A stretch of DNA of 64,000 nucleotides, taken from Tubulanus polymorphus. Lineage: Eukaryota > Animalia > Nemertea. The notes under the pieces were generated by a model. It worked only from the letters and a program-made list of their open reading frames with translations, did no database searches and was not told where the DNA came from. The DNA is taken from contig NC_134028.1 of assembly GCF_964204645.1 (NCBI RefSeq), positions 26,842,345 to 26,906,344 of the forward strand, in the 5' to 3' direction. This document shows positions 13,805-26,150 of the stretch, one piece after another (positions within the stretch are counted from its first letter, which is position 1; every line of letters starts with the position of its first letter). The translations under genes and the position numbers were made by a program.

Positions 13805-15943
13805 TACGTGGTCTACTGCCGGGCTTTAATATTTCAATTAAAACCGAGTATATACTAAATCAGTTTGAATGCAAAATCTCAGCATGGATCAAATGATTCA
13901 GTTTGAATGTTAATTATTAGTACTGGAAGTGACTCGCCTCCTTGCCACAGTTTAGTTTGGGCAGCATTCTAGAAGCGAGCTTGTGTTTAGGCGGTAAAGC
14001 GCTATTTTTGTAAGGCACGGGCAAAATTTGATTCGGGTCTGATCTAAGTCAAGTTATCTCCGCGTGATCACGGCTTCAAACGGTGTGAATCAATTAAATG
14101 GGCTATCGCGGGGCTATCGCGGGGTCCAATACAAATAAGGGGAATGGATTTGTATCACTAGCGGAAACTGCTGTGATGTCGATAATTAATTATGAGAAAT
14201 GAATTCGATAATTCACGACTCGGCTCGGCGACTCGTCTAGGCGACTCGGCTGCGACTCGGTTCTGCGACTCGGCAGTGAATCTTTAACCAGACGAGACTC
14301 ATATCTTAATTAGTTTAGAAACGATCACGAATAAATCGATTATACTCGCACGAAACTCGACGTATACCGCTCTCTACGCAACAAACGTGCGTGGTGTGCG
14401 TTTCTTTGCGTGCGTTTTGTCTCTTCATCCTCGTCATCGTCATCGTTGACACTCGACAGCGCGCACGTCTCGGACCGGATCAACCACGCACTCGTAACTG
14501 CTGTCATACGAATTTAATAATAAAAATTCCCGACCGTCACTGATTATTCGAGTTTAATTAACGCCCGGGTTTTTAATTACGAAGAAACTATTTGACGGAT
14601 GAGAGTCCAAAATCCGAAGACGACAAAGAATAATACCAAGACCCGTCTCTCCTAAACGTATCGACGGAATCGCGCTGGATGATAATCGCGACGGTTCAGT
14701 TTTTTATTCATTAAGTCAGAAGATTAAATGCGGTGTCGGATTATATCCAGTCGCTGCAGTTCCGCAACACGCTCCGCGGTTATTTAATGAAAAATCGAAT
14801 AGAAATCAGCGCAAACTGGATCTCAGTCAATTAGAAACGCATATAGCACGATTAGATAATACTGATAATAGTTGACTCGGTTCGGCTGGATTTTGAGTAC
14901 TGCGCGGATTACGATCGTCATAAAGGGAATTACGCACCAAAAAAAGTGACCTTAGTCGCGACCTTCAATTAACCTTAGTTGTAATCACAGAACCACGTAA
15001 CATTTCGTCAGAGTTTCATTTCATATGGTTATCATGATTATTCGAACTTTGATTCATTAGAACCGGCGTTTCGGAATCCAGTCCGGTCTCCGGTTCGGGT
15101 TTGAAATGTCATGTCTCAGATTGTTACAGACTTTTTTACGAATTTATTCATCGGGGTCAATCCCTACTCTTAGATCAGAAAGAACAACGTTTTATATATG
15201 AAAGAATTTAATTTCATACATATGAATCGGGTACCTGGGATTGTCTCGTGTTTGAACCAGGTCTGAGACGATACAGACAGGCGTGAAGAGACCGGAATAC
15301 TTACTGATTATCATCATGATATTATTGTCTTCATGTGACGGAGGAGCAAACGGTAATATTAACACAGCTATTTCCGCGGTAAATAGTTGTTATTACCTTC
15401 CTAAAAACGAAGCATTATTACGACACATTTAAGTGGCGAGTCGTCGTATAATTGGTTTACTTTAAGTAACTATTAGTCGGTGCGGTAGGCGAGATACAAG
15501 CAGCGCAATTACGAAAAATATTCCGAATGTTTTTTTTTCGCCGTCGCGTTTTAACGATCGGGTTTTGTAACGAAAAAGGAAGAATTTCCGATCGACGAGG
15601 GGGTTATACCTAACACGCGATATGGCGTGTTCATTTCTCTTCCGTATACGACTTTTCGTGTATGGACGAATCTAAATGGAAGCCAATTTCAAGGATTTTA
15701 AAGTCTCCTCGATGAGGAAGCCGTTTAGCTATGATTGCGTGATGAGACTGGATTATAGTTAGTTGTACGGTAGAATACTCACAGACACACTATTGCGCAA
15801 ATGAACTTTAAGCCGTTATTAAATGACCCCTTGTTTGATGAATTGTTGATATTCCTTTTCAGTTTTTGTTAGACCAATCTGACGCACGCACACCGATCAT
15901 CATACACCGGTGATACAAACACTCGGTATTTTCTGAGTTCAAT

Positions 15944-15979
15944 CAGGGAGGTGGGAGTGAGTTCACTCCCACCTCCCTG
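15944..15979. mobile_element. 36-bp perfect palindromic mini-element (family D) with a 7-bp TSD
   Basis: gttcaat|CAGGGAGGTGGGAGTGA gt TCACTCCCACCTCCCTG|gttcaat: perfect 17-bp arms, 2-nt loop and an exact 7-bp direct repeat. Confidence 0.8.
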
Positions 15980-16018
15980 GTTCAATCATCTCGCGCGTAT
16001 TGAAAACAAAACGCAAAA

Positions 16019-16102
16019 TGAGTTGTGACGTTTCCACTTGATTCTGTGAGACATTTCAAACACCAAGTTTCGAATGGGATAGAGTTGAAACGTCACAACT
16101 CA
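16019..16102. repeat. Inverted repeat, 16-bp perfect arms (MITE-like)
   Basis: TGAGTTGTGACGTTTC (16019-16034) and GAAACGTCACAACTCA (16087-16102). Confidence 0.75.
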
Positions 16103-17924
16103 CACTTTTCTATCGAAATTGTGGAGTTTTTTTTCTAGAATTTAGAATACATTGAATACTGAGGACAAGAGTACTAGATATTTTAGTAAAGAGCTTACTT
16201 TAAAAAAAAATGTTAAGTACATATTTGAATGGTCATAATGTGGCTGTGATAAACTCATCTACGCAACTATTCTTAATTTCATTCAAGTATTTGCAGTTGT
16301 TGTTTTTAATGATCGACTTCAATAGAGCCCGTTATCACGTGTGAGTTTGATATCCGCTGCACGCTTCACAAAGTGTACAAACCAGTCAACCATACCAATA
16401 CATGTATAACACATACATCTCTACCTCGCGACCGCCTCAACTCAATCACTTCTTCAATCTCGCGCTAATCTCTCACATTTTGATTGATTTCATTTTGCTG
16501 CGTCCCGCGGGGAAACTTCAAAATGTTTTTAACATCTCGCAGGTAGAATATTGTAAAGAATGAATTCAATTTCCCATCTGTCAAACACGCGACCATCATC
16601 TGGATCCAATTTACACGTATTTCATACATTCACCAATAATAGTCTCTCGTTTTACAAATTTCTGACTGCGATGAAATTTCGCAGTTCTTCATTTGACATT
16701 GATTCGTCATTAATGTCTATTTAGCTATAGTTTTCTACTAATTTCACATGGAAATAAAATCAAGACGCAATTCTCAGTAGCACGAGTTCGTAATTAGACA
16801 CGTCTTGATCGACAAAAGTTTTCCAAGAGTTTCAATATGAACATGCGCCGAGTTTCTTTAGAATGAGCAGATATGGTAAACTTCAGATTTCATCGTAAGA
16901 CCCGACTAATGGCAGGGTGGATCTAGGGTATACCCTAAATAGGGCACATCAAATAATCAAAGTGGCAACTCGCAATCCGACAGAAAGCTCATCGCAAAAC
17001 TCATTTTTGTAAAAGCAGATGACAAGCTTATGAATTCAATTTTAATCAGTTCGCAAATATTCGGTAAAACGCGACAACCGAAGTATTCGATGGTGAAGGT
17101 TCAAGACAAAGCGAATACGCTAGGTATGGTAGCCCGTGCGTGCATGCTAGCGGTACTTATGACGCTGCCGACGCGCGATGGTCTACTACCGTACGGTGGC
17201 GCCGTTATGCACGACATCACCACCGACCAACCATCAACGATTTTACCTTACACCATCGGAGAGCCGCACGGTGTAAATACTCCATTTCGTGGCCCTTCAA
17301 CCTCGAATAGGAGAAATAAGTCGATAGTAGCGAACGTGTTAATCCTAATTCGATTGTATAAGTTATTGAATGCGTGAAAACGAGTTAAATTTGTTTGCGA
17401 GTTTTCTTTCAAACCCGGCGTCAATGACTTTCATTCTCGTCTGGTCGACGTGTATGTAATTACATCTCAGTCGAAACCTAGGATCGTTTCGAGATGCAGT
17501 AGTTACGAGCAATTGAGTTTCCGTTGGTAGAAAAACTAATTTTCTTTACTTTTCTCAGCGCGTGGCTCAGCGACGACTATCTTAAATAAACACGTTTAAT
17601 TCGCTGAATTTATATAAGATTTACCCTTGAGGCGCTAGGAGACATTTTTCACTTCAAGAGAAGAATCTCGTAATCTGAGCATTTGGGTAAATAGGTGGCT
17701 TACTTTGAATTGTATTGATCATCGAATCTAAATGCGTAACGACGCCAATATAGAATTTCAACTGTCAAGTACTGCCTGATGATAAACTCTCTTACAGTAA
17801 ACCACTCGCTGATGGTCGTAGTCCCAGTTCTGCTAAACGGTTGAAGTACACTACCAATCGATTCAATCCGTGTTTAATGCGACCGGTTCATCGAATGCAA
17901 AAATCGTTTAAACTGCTCAAAGCA

Positions 17925-18150
17925 GCAGCAGCAGTCTGGTGCTGGTAGCTCGTGCAGCAGCAGTCTGGTGTTGGTAGCTCGTGCAGCAGCAGTCTGGTGC
18001 TGGTAGCTCGTGCAGCAGCAGTCTGGTGCTGGTAGCTCGTGCAGCAGCAGTCTGGTGCTGGTAGCTCGTGCGGCAGCAGTCTGGTGCTAGTAGCTCGTGC
18101 AGCAGCAGTCTGGTGCTGGTAGCTCGTGCAGCAGCAGTCTGGTGCTGGTA
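17925..18150. repeat. Minisatellite, 29-bp unit x ~7.8
   Basis: Unit GCAGCAGCAGTCTGGTGCTGGTAGCTCGT with a few point variants. Confidence 0.97.
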
Positions 18151-18423
18151 TTAGATTAGCGACGAATGACAATTTCACCCTTGGCAACAGATGGTACAGA
18201 CATTGAGAGTGATGGAAGCTGCTGCTTTTAGATGAGTCGTAACCAAAATTCGATTGATAGATGGCCAAATAAATCAAGAATTTCGATGACAGATTTAATG
18301 GTTTTCTCTGTGAATGATCAGCTAATTAAGTTGGGATCCACTTGTAGTGTGTTTGTGTTTATGTTTGTGTTTGTGTGTGTGTTACATAAGCGATGAGTTT
18401 GACTACGTAAAGAAGTGATTCTC

Positions 18424-18470
18424 GCTGCTGCCGCTGCTGCCACCGCCGCTGCTGCTGCTGCTGCTGCTGC
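18424..18470. repeat. (GCT/GCC)n compound trinucleotide repeat
   Basis: Direct reading. Confidence 0.9.
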
Positions 18471-19504
18471 GTGTGTGGAAGAAAATGATTTCAGAAGTTT
18501 TTGAATATTTTTAAAACGGGATTTAGAGATCATTACGCCACCGAATCCTCGAGTGATTAGATACTAAACGCTCGATCGGGAACTCTTTGACGACGTCACA
18601 ATGATTGTATCACATTCAACCCCAAAAAACGCCTGGGATTCATATTTCTACTACAACTGCGAGAGAGAATACACAGTTCATTATAGCGTTATCGAAGATG
18701 ATACGCGTATAAATCAGCCTACACGTATTTGACAAGTCTAGTCAGATACGCGTAATGCAGTTACTTAGTTTTCATAAAGTTAACAGGAGAAGTATCAAAA
18801 CATTGCCACCATTCGTAGACACGATGTTTTGCGTGGGAAAAAAAGAGTCTGATAGACTTTTTTTTAAAGTTTATTAATTATTATTGATAGCATTTCAACG
18901 GAAAGCCGCCGCCGATTTTTTATTCTCGTAAAAAAGTTCGCCGCAAAACGTTTTACATAATGTACAGTGAAAAACAAGCTCATTACACCCGACCACCGAA
19001 TATACAAAACGGTTCGTTACTGTAAATGATGATAGATGAGGCTTCCGGGGACTGTGGTGGAGCTCTAGGCGTTTCCGAATTAGTCGCAACCCTCGACTCA
19101 AATTCATCAATAATATACACCCACAATGCCACTTGTTTACAGTTTCCAGTCACGTGTGACTCTCACGGTAACTCGTACGATTGTTAGACACGATTTTCTA
19201 CGTGTAAAATTACAAATGACGCGCGATCAGCGGCTGGAAGTAATTCGGCAGCTCTGATACCGCGAATCGTGATTAATTATTGCAGCTAGCTTTAAATACA
19301 GATCGTTTTATAAATCAGAGCCGCCGCGTGCGATACGTCTGTTTGCGTAGAGAGTGATGCAAAATCTGCTCGGTATCACTCTGTGTAAAATCGGTACATC
19401 GAGAATTAAAATTCCTAAATTAATGATGAATGCTAACTGAGTGGAAACAACGGAAACATTTGAATATATACGCACATCAAATCCTTTGAACGATATGACG
19501 TTTA

Positions 19505-19677
19505 GGCCCGATTCACACGACGACGTAGGGAAACAGGAAACATGGAAACAAATATGTTTAATCTCGGAATCATTGTTCCCGAAACAAATGTTTCTCGTAT
19601 CTGGTAAACGCAAACGACACTTGGAAACATGTTTCTGTCTCCTATTTCTGTGTTTCCCTGCGGCGTGTGCGTTAGGT
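19505..19677. mobile_element. Foldback MITE family B, copy 2 (PIF/Harbinger-like)
   Basis: tta|GGCCCGATTCACACGACG...AGGGAAACA on the left and TGTTTCCCTGCGGCGTGTGCGTTAGG on the right form imperfect terminal inverted repeats. Homologous to the copies at 1747 and 54589. Confidence 0.72.
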
Positions 19678-20667
19678 GTCGATGGTTCGATGCTAGTTGA
19701 GAGACCCGAAACGTTGTGTGTATTATGTAGAATTTATAGTGAGCATCCTCGTCGGCAGCGAGTCTGGTCTGTTGGGGTATCGCGAGCTGAGAGAGGAACG
19801 TGACAGAAAGTCTCTCGCGATGCGATCGGTTCAAATCCGTGACGCCTGCAGCACGAGCGAGGATGTTGTTGAATGATACGAAGAATTGCGATATCTATTA
19901 GAAAAATATCGACACGAAAACAGTCGAAGGAAAACTAGGACGTGTTTATATAAATAATTGATTATTCGCGCTTAGGGATCGAACCTGACGGAAACCATGC
20001 GAAACAAAACTGTCATTTTGTATTTATAGAAAATACTCAAATAATCAGTATAACAGTGTAAATAACGCGGTCACGCTTGAAATATATTTCTCGCTTTTTC
20101 AATCAAAACCCGAAAGAGAAAAAAATAATTGAGCGAGGTAGGCTATATAATAATTGAAAACCACAGAATATTTAAAAATCTTTCTGCGGTAATAAATAAT
20201 TATTACTAGGCTGACTACACCATGTAGGCACGTCATGTTCTGTTATAATCTCCAATAAAGTAATGTGTGCCAATAAAGTGCCGTGATTAAATTCAATAAC
20301 AGTAAAATAAATTAGAAAATAAACCATTATCATCATTATTGATTATTTTTGAAAAATGAATCAAATCAAATCAAAAAAAGTCTTCGTTCGAAAGCGGTTC
20401 ATTTCATCAAGGAGGTGACTTTCATTGGACAACGCGCGTCGCTTTCATCTGACATGGGAAACCGTACATTGCGCGCCCCTTTCCTCTCAGCGCCCCTCCC
20501 CGCTCCCCGCTCCCCTTCTGAGTTGAGATTAATCGTATAATACAATTAATCTATCATTAAAGATCGCACGAACCTTTTCTAAGTCTAATCCCGGAATCAC
20601 GAGACTGGGTTTTATTTGACGATGAATTATTTTGTCAGCGCCAGTTGATTATTCCTGAGTAAGATTC

Positions 20668-20724
20668 GCAGCAGCAGCAGCAGCGGCGGCGGCGGCGGCA
20701 GCAGCAGCAGCAGCAGCAGCAGCA
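20668..20724. repeat. (GCA)n(GCG)n(GCA)n compound microsatellite
   Basis: Direct reading. Confidence 0.93.
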
Positions 20725-23700
20725 GTGGCAATGTGTTCTTATTAAAATCATCTCGTATGACTGTGTGAAATCGAATTTCATTAGAGGTTCAATTCCGGAG
20801 TCCCCACCCCTCCACCCCCTGCAGGCGGAAACCGATTGACGATTGAAATCCCGATATGCGACTTGACGCAACTAATTATAAACTAGATCAAATTCCACGG
20901 TAAAATAAAACTTGATTCAACTTCGGGAGTCGTGTTTCTATTCCGCATCGGTAAAACTGCCAGCTGGATGTCACCAATAAATGATTTATGATAGACATTA
21001 TTTTTTTAGTCCCGGAGGCGATTTTCAGACTCAACAGAAATGGAAATCAAGAATGACTCGAGATAGCGGGTCCCTATCAGTCTTTAAAAAGAGGCTAAAA
21101 TTAGCTGAAGTGATTAATGACACTAAATTGTAATATATTATTACAATATATATTATATTCTCATTGCTTACTCAGTTTCAGGTAAAGCGTTACGAGTCTG
21201 TAAATAGAATGACCATTTATAAAGATAAACATTATTATTATTATGATTATTATTATAAATGGAACGGCTTAAATCGCGCGGACGTGAAACCATCCATCGT
21301 CGCGTTACGATTTGCTAATTACGAGTCGAACACTTTTCAGGCAACATCTCTCCCTCTCCTCTCGCAATGGTTCCCTTCATGTCATATATTGAGGCAATTT
21401 GTGCCTCGTTTTATAATCTTAGAAAATCGATGTCAATCTCGACGCGAGTTTTCCGTCATTAAAACAGATTGATTCCATTTAAAAAACCACTCCAGACTCG
21501 AACGAGTGTCGTTAACTTTTAGAATGATGATTAACTTGAAGAGTTTTCCGACTACAGACGTTCGCGCGCGCGGGTTGCGTCGACGAAACTCCTCGCGATC
21601 TTAATGTCCTTATTACGACATCATATCAATCAATTCAAATCTCTATTAATATGAAAATTGCTTTCGAAATCGCGTAAGACGCGGAGATACGTTTATATGG
21701 GGAGCATCAATCACCGTGAGTTATACGTGCACCGTGTCGAACCGGTCGCGACGTGTGCGCCCGGTCAGACAGCTCTGGAAATTAACAAGAAATTCGGCGC
21801 TTTATGAAGAAATAAATTGAGAACTGGAATCGCGTGTCGTGATGTTCGACCCGCTGTCGCGTGATCAACCGCTCTGAGCAAAAGAGAGCGAATCATTTTC
21901 CCGCGAACAAATCGAAATCTGTAGAACACAGGTGAATCGGGGTCGATACGGCGTGGAAGGTTTATCACATATATTTACGTGAATTGATGATCCAACATCA
22001 CGACGATGAGAACGGACCTGATTTTCGTGTTCTAACGATATGTGATCAATCGACAAATCTTCGGTGACCGAACTGACAAAATGCACTCCATGAAACCTAA
22101 GGCGTTTTTCACGAAGTCGAATCTGATTGCGGCTTAAGGTAAATCCTTCGATGTCCGAAACAAAAAATTAACAATCAGTTTATAAACCTGATAGTTTCGA
22201 TCGGCAATCCAGACGAATTTTTTAATATCGATTTGAATTTGCGACTCGAAAATGAATATCGGGCTTTGAGTGGTGATTTGTTGGCAGATGATGATCAGCG
22301 GTATTCAGCCCACGGTTGAAACAGACGCCATGTTTCATTAAACTTACTACTTACTATCCACCGATTTTCAGATAGATTTCTGTAGATTCCGTTGTTCCAA
22401 TCACACTCTTCCTTTCAAAACAGGTAGAATTTATCTATTCTTTATTTACGAATAAACGCTACTCAAGGCGGGAAATATTTTTTTGAGATTCCGATGAAGA
22501 AAAATTGAAATCCCGTGATGAATTATTCAACACGTGAATCGGTTTTATTCGCGTAGAAAATTAGGGTCGTTATATCGGACAGTGATCTTTGTGTTCGAGC
22601 GCCTCCCTGTCTCAGACTCCATCTCAAACATGGCGCAGTGGTGGAATTGAGAGATTGCCTCTACACGCAGTCTGCTAGACCTTATCTATAGCCACACGCA
22701 TGATCAGAACCGTCAAACTGTTCTCGTGATTAAGGGTAACACTAGCAGTTGGGTATTTGTCAGTTCGCAGTCGCCAAGCCGCCGGTCTTTAGGGAAATTA
22801 GCTGATTCGCTATCAGTATATGGAGAGCTTTTTTCACGTCTCAAATGCTGGTGTCTTAACAATAATTCCGGAGACCACATAATAGGGCAATTATAACTAT
22901 ACACGAACCAGCAGTAGTGCTACCACGCCCAATCAAACCGGAATAATAACCCCGGTGGTTTGTATAAGAAATATCGATGAAGATGTCACCGACGAAGCGC
23001 CGCTCATCAACGAGAGATGTGTTCTCAGGAAATTTCCTGTTCCCTCTAAAAAAAGCGTGTGTTGATAAAACTCCCGCGACGAACAGACATTTCCAATTAT
23101 GTAATTTCCGATTTCAAAATCAAACCCTCTGTTTCGTTCCCGGCAGGTGTGGTGGGTTTGTAAGGGACACCAAATCAAAACAAATCAATCGGAATCTTCC
23201 AATGAAATAGAAAACAGGGTCAATATCTATTCTAAGAGATAACCCGACTATCCGGAGATTCAGTGTTCACAGATGTCGCTTCTAACATGATTAATGATAA
23301 TTATAATAATAACACGACGCGTTTCATAATTAAATCATAACATCATGATTTACTGTAATTCACTTCAAATTCAATCTGATTGTGATTTAATTTACCGTAA
23401 TCTGCACTTTTTATCTATATTCGTTGAATATTATTACTGCCGTTTCATGCCATTTATCTGATAAATAATGTGAATGGATTGAATAGATAACGACATCACA
23501 CCAGTAACTTTACAGCGTGTAGGACAGGACCCGAGGGAAGGACTCCAAAAACAGTCTAGAATAAACAAGAGGTCCCCGAATAGGATAGGTGACGAATGAC
23601 TGTTACGTGTATGAAATCCGTGGATCTTGAGAGACAGATCGTAGTGATGAGATGGATCTTTATTTTGTTTGGAGCAAGGTACCAACCACGAAGGGGGAAT

Positions 23701-25002
23701 TCCTTCAATATTCGGCTCAGATAATCTGGCATACCTGGGATATACCCCTAACTTTTAAAGGTTTGATTATTTCAAAAGTTAGGTTGGGTATTTGGGGCTA
23801 GAACCACTACAATGCGTAGCTAAGATTCTGACGAGCAAGATTTCCTTAACGTAGATCAACGAGCTTATGCGAAGTTAAACCTTGGATACTTTATTTTTAC
23901 AATAGGTGGTCTGAGCTGAACCCGCGTTCATTTCATCAATTAAACGAATGCCAGTGTTATAAGATGTTATTGTTTTTTTTCTCTTGTCTTTGTTTTCTTT
24001 TTTAGATTATTACGAAATATAACCGGAGATGGTTCGTAGACTTGTAAAGGTTAAGATGATTATTTTCCGGTCGAGGATATTCACTTATTTTCTGTTGACT
24101 ATCATGTGTCATGTTGGTTGGATTCAGATGTAGATCAAAATTACATATATATGTCCTACATTCACAGTTCTGATCTGAGATCATCTATTATATCTCATTC
24201 TGCTACGATAACCAACAATCGTATAACTTATATTTGGACCAGTCTAAGTCGTAATTGGAATTGATATCAAACATCTACCTCATAACTACATTGTAATATA
24301 TTTCATGACTAGGTACTTACAGTTAAATGTTTATTACTGTTAACAACAGTAACATAACTTATGTAACTTTGGGAACTACCGCGTGATATCTCATTACTAC
24401 CACACTCATCAGTTTATGTATATCTTGACACTGATATTCGCGCTATTATAAACAGCTGTTATCGTTTATTGAAAATAATACGTGATCCCCAATGAAGCCT
24501 GAAAAGTTAATAAAGTTTTTAGTTCGGGGACTTAAACATCTCTTATAACAATAACATATCAGAGAGGATTCCAGAAAACGACGACAAAATAAAAACGACG
24601 GCAAAAAAGGGGAAAAATCAGCGACAGAAATATTGGCGGCCGCGAGGTCGTTATGGCCGGTGTTTACGGTCAGTTTCAGTCGATAGAACATCTGTCCATG
24701 ATAGATGAGCAAATGCTAAATGGAGGGAATAAAATAGTTAATGGTCTGAAGAGATGTGTTTGCTGCTAAAAGCGACAAGATGCCGATCAGGTACACTCAT
24801 ATCGACGGACACAAATACTGATAATGGCCATATTTTATTATTTCTTGCCGAAATTGATTTCCGATGAGCGCCAAGTTACTGTTGGTTTTACTGTTACAAC
24901 TAGAAAGTCATAAACGCGTGATGATATATGTTTCCATCTCGTGGGAGATTCTTTTAAAAAAGCGCATTTCAAAATTCGGATTCATCTGAACGGCGTGAAC
25001 CC

Positions 25003-25175
25003 GAACCTACTGAGCACCCGGGGCATCGCAACATCAGTAGGTTCCCTTCAACCTACTTAGCGCAACTCAGCAGGACTTTATTAGCTGGTGAAGGTTTCCA
25101 TTTCAAGGTAGAGATAAGGGAAGAACGATTGATAAAAAAATTTGCCACGACCAGGATTCGAACCCATAAACCCTA
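25003..25175 (-). mobile_element. tRNA-derived SINE-like fragment
   Basis: Minus-strand B box GGGTTCGAATCC (25154-25165) is followed by TGGTCGTGGCAAATTTT, similar to 41699-41728. Downstream CTTGAAATGGAAACCTTCAC resembles ~32690-32710. Confidence 0.5.
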
Positions 25176-26111
25176 AATAGACGAACAAAATGTGGCTACA
25201 AACGTCACTTCCGCTAATACGAGCAGCGAAAGTACAACGCATGCTCGTCATCAGATTGTGCGTTGTTTGTGCCCTGAATCGCTATACTTTCCAAATGATT
25301 GATTCAGACGTTGAAATTCGGCGAACCGTAAACCAGGAGGCAATGACGTGAAAGTGGAAAGAGAACAAGAGCAGACGCGATGTAGATGGTTTGATCACCT
25401 GTTCATTACAAACAACGCGACTATCGCAGCCGCCACCGAATAGTAATTCCCCTGCTGGCAATATTGCAGCTAGCAAGTCGACAGCGCGGGTTCCTTTCTC
25501 ATGTGCTGGATGGATGGATGGATTGATGGATCAGACGGATGGCAGAATCGCATATCTGGGCCCTATTTAGTTGAGTTTAATGCATGCAAAAGACACGTTG
25601 TCAATTTTACAAGAATAAGAATTGCGTAAACATTGGAAGAGAAATTAATAAATGATGAACAATCACAAGAACAATTAGAATAGTGACTATCGTAGTTATG
25701 ATAATGGTAGATGATTATCATATATTAGCTTATCAATGAGTGTGTCAGGAGTAAGAAACCTGTCAAAGATTCACTACAGCCGCTAGGCTGGGCGTCCACG
25801 TGCGTGTTTTCCTCGGCCAAACGTTCTTCCAGGAAAATATGTATCAATAGCTGACATTAAGAAATCTCGAATGCGCCAAGAGAAATGTCGCACTTACATG
25901 GATTCAGTAAAACATAATACGTTTATCTGACTTCAATAAAACCGAATTTCAAGAGTTGCGTCTGATAAATCTTATCCATAACTTTTACATAACTTTTCAT
26001 CAACTTTCGACACTTGCTTTTTTCAAGAATACATCTTAATTCCCACGTTCAAAACGCACTTTCAATGGTGAACCGTCCACACCAGATTGAATCGTGGTAA
26101 CCGAGTAACAA

Positions 26112-26150
26112 CTAGCGAACCTAGCGGATCCTCGCTTGCCACAGTAGCGG
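26112..26150 (+). mobile_element. Family C repeat fragment
   Basis: CTAGCGAACCTAGCGGATCCTCGCTTGCCACAGTAGCGG. Confidence 0.7.

Noticed and set aside
17888-18277. Cys-rich repeat ORF (PDCCCTSYQHQ)
   Set aside because: The 29-bp unit is not a multiple of 3, so the peptide just cycles through frames; non-ATG start
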